Below are positions 8,757 to 14,745 of a DNA stretch of 20,000 bases, piece after piece. The DNA comes from an uncultured virus (IMG/VR IMGVR_UViG_3300042691_006655) (Duplodnaviria > Heunggongvirae > Uroviricota > Caudoviricetes): the IMG/VR virus record IMGVR_UViG_3300042691_006655, one strand, 5' to 3'. The notes beneath the pieces were generated by a model. That model saw only the letters and a program-made list of their open reading frames with translations, was not told the origin of the DNA and did no database searches. Numbering within the stretch: position 1 is the first letter of the stretch; the number at the start of each line of letters is the position of its first letter. A program made the position numbers and the translations under genes.

Positions 8757-9364
8757 TATAAAATCTCTTCTTTAAATGCCTCAAAGATTTTCGATAGTTT
8801 AATTTTATCGTATTTAACAAAACCAGTCAATTTTATTACTCGCCTCAATTCATTATCCCAGATATATTTTATTGCATTATTTTCTTTCCATGTTGCAATT
8901 AAATCAGTAAATTCATTAATAATGCACAGTGTTTCAATGCAAATCTTACCACCTAAGAATAACTTTAATGCAACGGGATATTCATTATCAGTAAATGCAA
9001 AAATAGCACTATGTTTTAATTTATTAATTTCAATATATGTGATTAATGATGCAAGATCATCTACAAAAATTTTAGTTATACTTTGTTTTCTTTTAGTCCA
9101 TTGGGTAAAATTATCTTCAGCTTCTTGGCCAGAATATATTGCAGTATCATTTCCATATGCAAAGTTAGAAACAAAAAACTGAATTAGTTCTTTATCATCT
9201 GGTCTCTTTTGAGCCAGTTTCTCGAAAATGTATCTATCATTCCTAGCATTAAATGCTTCTCGAGTGCCACGAACATTTCCCCTGTTTTGGAAAACATTAA
9301 ACTTATCTGTGGTAAAGTGGAGTTTTATTGCTAGGTAATAACGATATGCTTTAAATCCATCCAT
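8756..9364 (-). CDS. gp59: Helicase loader gp59
   Basis: 'AYRYYLAIKLHFT', 'RNDRYIFEKLA', 'FFVSNF' and 'GKICIETL' motifs; gp33-gp59-gp32 synteny. Confidence 0.9.
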   Translation of the reverse strand: MDGFKAYRYYLAIKLHFTTDKFNVFQNRGNVRGTREAFNARNDRYIFEKLAQKRPDDKELIQFFVSNFAYGNDTAIYSGQEAEDNFTQWTKRKQSITKIFVDDLASLITYIEINKLKHSAIFAFTDNEYPVALKLFLGGKICIETLCIINEFTDLIATWKENNAIKYIWDNELRRVIKLTGFVKYDKIKLSKIFEAFKEEIL

Positions 9365-9579
9365 TAGACATCAAGTTGTGCTTGTTTAGGCAGATAGTTC
9401 AACTCACGAAAATTCATCTCAATTTTATCTTTAAGAGACTTATTAATCAATGATGCAACATCATCTGGTTCTAGATAATTTTCTTTACAGTATTCTAATA
9501 CTGCATCCATATAGGAAAGTTTCTTTGCTCGAACCAGATGTTCGATATGAAGAGAAAATTCATTGGAATTTTTAAACAT
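9364..9579 (-). CDS. gp33: Late transcription coactivator gp33
   Basis: 'FSLHIE...SYMDAVLEYCKEN...LINKSLKDKIE...LNYLP' motif; synteny with gp59. Confidence 0.9.
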   Translation of the reverse strand: MFKNSNEFSLHIEHLVRAKKLSYMDAVLEYCKENYLEPDDVASLINKSLKDKIEMNFRELNYLPKQAQLDV

Positions 9580-9790
9580 GGTGTTCTTTCTTCATCCAAT
9601 ATTCTGTAGTTCTAATCTTATGTTGCACATCATCATATTCTTTAAGTTTGGACTTATATAATTTCCATATTGGCGTATTGGTCTTTTCACAATCCATCTT
9701 ACGTTCATATTTTTCAAGAAACATAGAAAAAAACTTATCTAGTTTCATTTTCTGTAAGATTAGTGATTGATGTTGTTCTTTCAAGTTCAT
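9572..9790 (-). CDS. Hypothetical protein (probably leaderless mRNA)
   Basis: 72-aa ORF overlapping the gp33 start; a -10 box lies 6 nt upstream of its ATG. Confidence 0.75.
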   Translation of the reverse strand: MNLKEQHQSLILQKMKLDKFFSMFLEKYERKMDCEKTNTPIWKLYKSKLKEYDDVQHKIRTTEYWMKKEHHV

Positions 9791-9796
9791 AATATA

Positions 9797-9825
9797 ATTA
9801 TACTTTATTTTTAGTTAGAAGGCAA
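9797..9825 (-). promoter_or_regulatory. Sigma70-type promoter TTGCCT-N17-TATAAT (leaderless)
   Basis: -35 at 9820-9825, -10 at 9797-9802, exact 17-nt spacer. Confidence 0.7.
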
Positions 9826-10011
9826 ATTAAAATCTTTATTATAAAAACCAATATCTAAAATCAAACTATCATTTTGGTTCTTCAATTTATTGTTATGTTC
9901 TTTCAATGAAAGAATTCGTTCTTTCATGCACTCTGTTTCCCTATGGTGCTTAGATCTCAATAACTCTAGTTCAGATTCCAAAGCAGCACAATGTGCACAA
10001 AATTCTTTCAT
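9811..10011 (-). CDS. Hypothetical coiled-coil protein with N-terminal CxxC
   Basis: Tightly packed, co-oriented 66-aa ORF. Confidence 0.6.
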   Translation of the reverse strand: MKEFCAHCAALESELELLRSKHHRETECMKERILSLKEHNNKLKNQNDSLILDIGFYNKDFNLPSN

Positions 10012-10013
10012 AA

Positions 10014-10313
10014 TTATTCTTCGCCAATATATTCGATAGTATTTCTATACATATCTAAATCAGTTTTTGTTTTCTTTAAGAAATAATCATGCTCTTTATA
10101 TTCTTTCTTAACTACTTCAAGTTGTGCTTTTTTAGTATCAAGAATCTTTCTTAATTGTTCTTTAGCAAGAATGATCTCATGGTCATCTTCAGCAGTTCCT
10201 TCAAAAGAAAGAATACGTGTATTGTTTGCTTCTGTTGTAGAAATAAAAGTTTCTAATCTGTCTTTTAGAGCAGATAGTTCATCGAAACGCTTCACTCTTT
10301 GTCTAATTTTCAT
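10014..10313 (-). CDS. Hypothetical coiled-coil protein
   Basis: AGAGGA RBS upstream of the ATG; co-oriented with its neighbours. Confidence 0.7.
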   Translation of the reverse strand: MKIRQRVKRFDELSALKDRLETFISTTEANNTRILSFEGTAEDDHEIILAKEQLRKILDTKKAQLEVVKKEYKEHDYFLKKTKTDLDMYRNTIEYIGEE

Positions 10314-10360
10314 ATAATTCCTCTTTGTTTAGTTTAAAGATTACAGACACTGTTATTTAT

Positions 10361-10702
10361 TTATCGTCTCATTTTTGCAATATCTATCGCTTCTTCATCA
10401 CTAAAAATAGGAACAGCATTAGACTTATGCATGGTTCCAATACCCTTAATCATAGTTCCAGTATACACTTTATCGGGTGCTTTGGTACATGGACCAGCAG
10501 TAAAAGGAAGACTTGGAATATTAGGCGTCTCCCGACGAGCAGGTTTTCCAAGTGAGTACACGCTACTGAGATCTTTCTTCAATTCAGTTAGATTCTTTGT
10601 AGGGTACTTCTTTAACATGGTTTCCCATGATTGTTGCAACTCACGCTGTTTTGCATTAGGTTTCTTTTTCTTCTTAGAAGAGTTTCTAACATAAATGAAC
10701 AT
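10361..10702 (-). CDS. Conserved hypothetical T4-like phage protein (basic; probably leaderless mRNA)
   Basis: C-terminal 'YTGTMIKGIGTMHKSNAVPIF...AIDIAKMRR' motif recognised from T4-like phage hypotheticals. Confidence 0.8.
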   Translation of the reverse strand: MFIYVRNSSKKKKKPNAKQRELQQSWETMLKKYPTKNLTELKKDLSSVYSLGKPARRETPNIPSLPFTAGPCTKAPDKVYTGTMIKGIGTMHKSNAVPIFSDEEAIDIAKMRR

Positions 10703-10708
10703 AATATA

Positions 10709-10737
10709 ATTATACCCCAGTTATAGTTGCATGTCAA
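10709..10737 (-). promoter_or_regulatory. Perfect consensus sigma70 promoter TTGACA-N17-TATAAT (leaderless)
   Basis: -35 at 10732-10737, -10 at 10709-10714; ATG 6 nt downstream of the -10 box. Confidence 0.85.
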
Positions 10738-11435
10738 GCAGTAATCACAAAACCAGTTGTGTCTTTCTTCGCTTTACCTTTGGCTTTCAAGCCAACGATA
10801 ACTCCCTTTGCATCTAAGAATCGCAAATCAGTCTCGTCTCCATTAATGACTGGACGACCAAGATATGTCTCTGGCACTTTATGAAATACAGCTGCAACAT
10901 TCATGCCATTTGATAGTGCAATACGAACATCCATATCGTTGCCATCTGCTTTAGAGAATGTCAGGTGATAATTAGGAATGTGTTTTACTTTACGATTATT
11001 TACTTTAGTGTAATCATAGAACTGTACATCAGGGAACATTTGAAATATATTCTTACCATTTGTAACTTCATATTTCTCCCATGAAAGATCTGAAGTACCA
11101 TTCAAACGAAAGACTGGAATGAGTCCTTGTTTTTCTGCTTTGGTTTTTGTTTTGATAATCTCAACAACTAACTCATTAAGGAATGCTTGACGATTTTGGA
11201 AGAATGCTTTGGTCTTGCGAATTCGTGCTTGCTGAATCACATTAGTAGTTTCACCCTTTTTAATAATACCACCTCGACCAGCAGTGTTCAAACATGCTGC
11301 AGTGCACCCAGCTGTTCTTTTAGGACAAACTTCTTTACCTGACAAATTGGCAGGGGCGAGATGCAAGACAGAAGACAGATAACCTTTCTTCTGACCCTTC
11401 AACAACTTTGGGTTTCCAACTGTAAGCAATGTCAT
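10734..11435 (-). CDS. Gp88-family protein (Cys-rich, radical-SAM-like Fe-S motif)
   Basis: 'CPKRTAGCTAACLNTAGRG', 'RLNGTSDLSWE', 'QFYDYTK', 'NYHLTFS' and 'GDETDLRFLD...GLKAKGKA' motifs. Confidence 0.8.
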   Translation of the reverse strand: MTLLTVGNPKLLKGQKKGYLSSVLHLAPANLSGKEVCPKRTAGCTAACLNTAGRGGIIKKGETTNVIQQARIRKTKAFFQNRQAFLNELVVEIIKTKTKAEKQGLIPVFRLNGTSDLSWEKYEVTNGKNIFQMFPDVQFYDYTKVNNRKVKHIPNYHLTFSKADGNDMDVRIALSNGMNVAAVFHKVPETYLGRPVINGDETDLRFLDAKGVIVGLKAKGKAKKDTTGFVITA

Positions 11436-11464
11436 AACAACTCCATATCAACGATAATAGAGAT

Positions 11465-11493
11465 ATTATACACTAATTCACAATTAAAGACAA
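11465..11493 (-). promoter_or_regulatory. Sigma70-type early promoter TTGTCT-N17-TATAAT
   Basis: -35 at 11488-11493, -10 at 11465-11470; GGAG RBS before the Gp88-like ATG. Confidence 0.75.
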
Positions 11494-11537
11494 CCCCTAG
11501 AAACCCTGTATCCTAGAGGGATAATATAAGTTAGTGT

Positions 11538-11774
11538 CTACTTACTTGATTTATACTGGATTTGCTGTGGGTGAGATGCAGCATAAGCCACGCAAACCAT
11601 ATCTTTTTCAATAGAATATGCACAACGAACAGCAATAGGATCAATCCCCTTAACAATTGCAGATTCTACATTCTTTTCTATAGTTTTTAATTTACTATAA
11701 CTATAAAATGTAACTGAAAATATAAGACTACATGTAGCAATTAATAAAGAAACAGTGAAAACTCTATTGTCCAT
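11538..11774 (-). CDS. Hypothetical membrane-anchored protein
   Basis: Start reassigned to ATG 11774 (MDNRVF...) after an AAAGGGG RBS. One N-terminal hydrophobic helix, then 'KGIDPIAVRCAY...CVAYA'. Confidence 0.7.
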   Translation of the reverse strand: MDNRVFTVSLLIATCSLIFSVTFYSYSKLKTIEKNVESAIVKGIDPIAVRCAYSIEKDMVCVAYAASHPQQIQYKSSK

Positions 11775-11790
11775 AACCAACCCCTTTAGT

Positions 11791-11973
11791 TTAATAAGAT
11801 CCATCATCGATAGCTCCACGAACCCATACTGGTCCAATTGAAATCATAAATCCATAATTTTTAGGATTTAAATCATCTGGCTGAATACCAGTAAATTTTA
11901 ATTCCCAATGGCACGGATTAAAAACCAATCCCATCCACAATCCAGAATATTTAAGATAATTCTTTAACTTCAT
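11791..11973 (-). CDS. Hypothetical protein
   Basis: 60-aa ORF with an aromatic-rich, beta-like pattern; packed between neighbouring genes. Confidence 0.6.
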   Translation of the reverse strand: MKLKNYLKYSGLWMGLVFNPCHWELKFTGIQPDDLNPKNYGFMISIGPVWVRGAIDDGSY

Positions 11974-12514
11974 CGCATAATCCTAACTTTTTTGCTTCAG
12001 AGGGACTTAACCATATATCTTGTGGTGGTAACAAAACTTCTCTAATTTTGTCGTCACTGAGACCAGTACATTTTTTATAATGCTTGATCATCTTTTTAGT
12101 AGTTAAATCAAACTCTTTTACTGTTGCGAATAATTCGTGTTCTTTACCAAAAGCACCCCAAGAATATTGGTGAGAAAGAATTGATGTATTTGGTGTAAGA
12201 ATACGATTTCCCTTTTCTCCAGCAATAAAAATCATAAGACCTGCTGATGCGATTTGTCCTAATCCTATTGTTCTAATAGGAATAGCAGAACCACGCATTG
12301 TATCAATAACAGCAAACGCTGCATTCAAGTCACCACCTGGAGAAGTGATTACTAAATTTAACATTTCTGGTCTTTCCTCTGAAAAGTTAGTGTCAAAAAT
12401 CCATTCAACAATACTTTTACAAGAAGCCAGTGTTACTTCTTCCATCAATAGAAAAAATGAGTGTTGCGATTGTTCTTCTTTTAATGATAAATTCAATTTA
12501 TTAAGCATACTCAT
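11951..12514 (-). CDS. clpP: ClpP-like serine protease subunit
   Basis: 'ITSPGG', catalytic Ser in 'GQIASAG', His in 'ILSHQ', Asp in 'QDIWL', and 'EAKKLGLCD'. Confidence 0.88.
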   Translation of the reverse strand: MSMLNKLNLSLKEEQSQHSFFLLMEEVTLASCKSIVEWIFDTNFSEERPEMLNLVITSPGGDLNAAFAVIDTMRGSAIPIRTIGLGQIASAGLMIFIAGEKGNRILTPNTSILSHQYSWGAFGKEHELFATVKEFDLTTKKMIKHYKKCTGLSDDKIREVLLPPQDIWLSPSEAKKLGLCDEVKELS

Positions 12515-13026
12515 ATCCTATTCTTCTCTTTATAAAATATATGTCTACCAATCACAGCAGTTTTCTCCAATCCTTTCCATCTGGGATTGACATAATCTGC
12601 ATGATAGAATAAAGCACCATTTGTAATATCTTTTATTTTGTCATAATTGGCATAAACATGCAGTGCCACTTCTAACGAATTTTCATATGATTCTTTTTGT
12701 CTGTTAGTTATTTTATGTTGGCAGAACCAACTAAATTGACATGTATATTTTACCTTCTGCTTCACTACAGAACAAATATCTTTTGGATATCTTGGATCTT
12801 GTAGTCTATTTAAGGTAACCAATGCCACTGCAACTTTACCCACATCTGGCTCATATCCAGCCTCATGATAAATGTTGTCTGCCAAACAAATTACTTCTTG
12901 TTTAGCATCTTCGGTTAATTGAGACAACTTTATATCTAATTCTCTGCTACCAAAGAAATAAGAACTTAAAATTATTGATAAACTTGTTAAGAATATTATT
13001 ATTAGTGTATACAATCTTAATTGCAT
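12511..13026 (-). CDS. Cell wall hydrolase, SleB / Hydrolase_2 family, with N-terminal membrane anchor
   Basis: 'CLADNIYHEAGYE', 'VAVALVTLNR', 'ICSVVKQ', 'CQFSW', 'GALFYHADYVNPRW' and 'IGRHIFY' motifs. Confidence 0.92.
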   Translation of the reverse strand: MQLRLYTLIIIFLTSLSIILSSYFFGSRELDIKLSQLTEDAKQEVICLADNIYHEAGYEPDVGKVAVALVTLNRLQDPRYPKDICSVVKQKVKYTCQFSWFCQHKITNRQKESYENSLEVALHVYANYDKIKDITNGALFYHADYVNPRWKGLEKTAVIGRHIFYKEKNRI

Positions 13027-13083
13027 AATTATCTCCTAAAGTAAGAAGCAGAAGGTTGCATGAACCCTCTGCCCTAATCCCTA

Positions 13084-13362
13084 TCAGGTGGACTTTTTGC
13101 TAGTCTTTTCTAATGTACTTGGGGGAATATTTGAAACAAAACCATTAAGAGATGCTGCCTTCGTAATGATTTCTGCTTCTGTTGGATATGGAGGAAATCC
13201 TGGATGATCAGGTAACACTCCACCATTGATTTTAGCTGACTCAATTTTAGTCTGCCAATCATTATTAATGACCTCACGCTTACCATAATAATCTTCGGTC
13301 AACATATCTTTCGCCATTTTTAAAAGTTCAAGGCGAATCTCGAACGGAGTCATGTTTGACAT
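13084..13362 (-). CDS. Conserved hypothetical T4-like phage protein
   Basis: Start reassigned to ATG 13362 (MSNMTPFEIRLELLKMAKDML...YPTEAEIITKAASLNGFVS), preceded by a strong AAAGGAG RBS. Confidence 0.8.
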   Translation of the reverse strand: MSNMTPFEIRLELLKMAKDMLTEDYYGKREVINNDWQTKIESAKINGGVLPDHPGFPPYPTEAEIITKAASLNGFVSNIPPSTLEKTSKKST

Positions 13363-13403
13363 TTTACTTCTCCTTTGTGTGTTGTGTGAAATGGAAGTTT
13401 TGT

Positions 13404-13437
13404 AGGGTTCTTCCAACCCTCGTGTATAATTATTTAG
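13404..13437 (-). promoter_or_regulatory. Late promoter box CTAAATA (13431-13437) followed by a 5' hairpin AGGGTT-N5-AACCCT (13404-13420)
   Basis: Motif and perfect 6-bp inverted repeat are seen directly in the intergenic leader. Confidence 0.5.
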
Positions 13438-13440
13438 GAA

Positions 13441-13656
13441 TTATTTCTTTGCTGCTTCAGCTTTTTTATCATCCTTTTTCTCTACTTTCTTAGGAGTAGG
13501 TTTAGGAGAATCTGGTAATGGTGGACACTTACCATTTTTATCTTTCTTTACACAATTATCATTTTGTACTGTTTTTGCATCTGCTTTCTTTGCAGGTTCT
13601 GCTGCGAAAGAAACAGCTGCGAACATCATTAGTACTGCAGTTAGTAATGCTTTCAT
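13441..13656 (-). CDS. Small secreted Lys/Ala/Pro-rich protein with Sec signal peptide
   Basis: Signal-like MKALLTAVLMMFAAVSFA|AEP; AAGGA RBS; two Cys (C-x8-C) in a low-complexity mature region. Confidence 0.75.
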   Translation of the reverse strand: MKALLTAVLMMFAAVSFAAEPAKKADAKTVQNDNCVKKDKNGKCPPLPDSPKPTPKKVEKKDDKKAEAAKK

Positions 13657-13774
13657 TTTACATTTCCTTTTATAAAAGTTAAGTTAACATCTAACATCAG
13701 TTCGTCACTATCATCACAGTACAAGATACCTATGGGTATCGGTTGCTGTTGTGTAGCAAAGACTTACTAATTCG

Positions 13775-13940
13775 TGGTAGGTTATTCTGTTACGAGGAAA
13801 CCTACCGAAACCCTAAGCAGTGTTTAGGCTGCTAATGCGAACTGTGCGTCGTTTGCGTTTACGTTGTTTACTTTTTACGACTCTCTGTGTCGTGCTGTCC
13901 ACTCTGTTACTAATTGCTACGTCGAAACCTAGTCACCCCC
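13775..13940 (-). ncRNA. ssrA: tmRNA coding piece of a permuted two-piece gene; tag (A)ANDAQFALAA*
   Basis: 5' end GGGGGUGACUAGGUUUCGAC at 13940; tag frame GCA AAC GAC GCA CAG TTC GCA TTA GCA GCC TAA at 13856-13824; terminal stem GGTAGGTT/AACCTACC around 'GTAACAGAA'. The 3' boundary is approximate. Confidence 0.93.
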
Positions 13941-13941
13941 A

Positions 13942-14067
13942 TCAAAAGAAATCTTTTTTAGCTTGTTCTTGGTCTTTTTCAAAGTTAGACCAATCGTAAG
14001 TCACTATAGAATAAATCCAATATGCATTTAAACCTATAATCAACAATAAAAGAAATAGCTTGTCCAT
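13942..14067 (-). CDS. 41-aa predicted single-pass membrane peptide encoded inside the tmRNA intervening segment
   Basis: Not in the ORF track. The sequence reads CCA-AAAGGAATTT-ATG, then MDKLFLLLLIIGLNAYWIYSIVTYDWSNFEKDQEQAKKDFF-TGA. The stop lies 1 nt before the coding-piece G1. Confidence 0.7.
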   Translation of the reverse strand: MDKLFLLLLIIGLNAYWIYSIVTYDWSNFEKDQEQAKKDFF

Positions 14068-14077
14068 AAATTCCTTT

Positions 14078-14141
14078 TGGTGGAGGTGGAGGGAATCGAA
14101 CCCTCGTCCGCAACACCTTTCTCATTGCTTCATACAGCAAT
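14078..14141 (-). ncRNA. ssrA: tmRNA acceptor piece (T-arm, 3' acceptor strand and encoded CCA)
   Basis: GCGGACGAGGGTTCGATTCCCTCCACCTCCACCA. CACCUCC pairs with GGGGGUG of the coding piece, including the G3-U70 alanine determinant. The 5' boundary is inferred from the promoter. Confidence 0.92.
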
Positions 14142-14147
14142 TCTTTA

Positions 14148-14176
14148 ATTATACGTTGTATTTAGTTGCAAGACAA
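14148..14176 (-). promoter_or_regulatory. tmRNA promoter TTGTCT-N17-TATAAT, with a late-type CTAAATA box (14159-14165) in the spacer
   Basis: -35 at 14171-14176, -10 at 14148-14153; same hexamers as the promoter at 11465-11493. Confidence 0.7.
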
Positions 14177-14745
14177 GTATTATTTAAAAATTGTTCAGTT
14201 TTCTCGCCAATAATTCCAGTAGTAACTAGTGAAGCTCTTGGTTGTAAACTTGCGTTAGCAGTACAATGATACATTGTTTGCCAATCAAATGTATGGATAT
14301 CTCCAGCCATCCAATTAGAATACGGAGTATTATCATATTGATAGAAATGTCCAGGAATCCAATCTGATAACATAACAACCACTCGAAGAACTTTACTTGG
14401 ATCGTCACGATTATATCTGGCTAACTTATCCTTATGCCAGTTGAATACCTGTCCAGTCCATTGTACATGAATCCTGTTATAACTTTTCTCAAGACCAATC
14501 ATATCAATCATCTTTTGAAACACTGGTGGTATAGAATGTTCCATATTAGTTAGAACTAAGTTTCTATCACCACCAGCATCTTCAATATAATCTTCTTCAA
14601 GTTTTGTAGATGGAACATCAGTGATCTGGCCAACTGATGTTTTAACTCTCCAGTATCTAATAGTTTCCCATGTTGCTGGAGTAGAAGTATTAATAACTGT
14701 AGTTAAATCATTCTGCCATTCTCCAACAAATTTACCAAGATGCAT
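14149..14745 (-). CDS. 2OG-Fe(II) oxygenase / Asp-Asn beta-hydroxylase-like cupin
   Basis: HxD...H facial triad ('FNWHKD' ... 'MYHCTANAS') and downstream Arg ('PRASL'). Start reassigned to ATG 14745, which overlaps the upstream stop (TGATG). Confidence 0.7.
   Translation of the reverse strand: MHLGKFVGEWQNDLTTVINTSTPATWETIRYWRVKTSVGQITDVPSTKLEEDYIEDAGGDRNLVLTNMEHSIPPVFQKMIDMIGLEKSYNRIHVQWTGQVFNWHKDKLARYNRDDPSKVLRVVVMLSDWIPGHFYQYDNTPYSNWMAGDIHTFDWQTMYHCTANASLQPRASLVTTGIIGEKTEQFLNNTCLATKYNV

Noticed and set aside
14078..14112. Stand-alone tRNA gene or attP/att remnant
   Set aside because: There is no D-arm or anticodon arm upstream, the acceptor strand pairs perfectly with the tmRNA 5' end at 13940, and no integrase is nearby. 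It is better explained as the acceptor piece of a permuted tmRNA.
14060..14269. Plus-strand ORF MSINSFWWRWRESNPRPQ...
   Set aside because: 'WWRWRESNPRP' is the familiar antisense translation of a tRNA/tmRNA T-arm and CCA end, so this is a shadow ORF.
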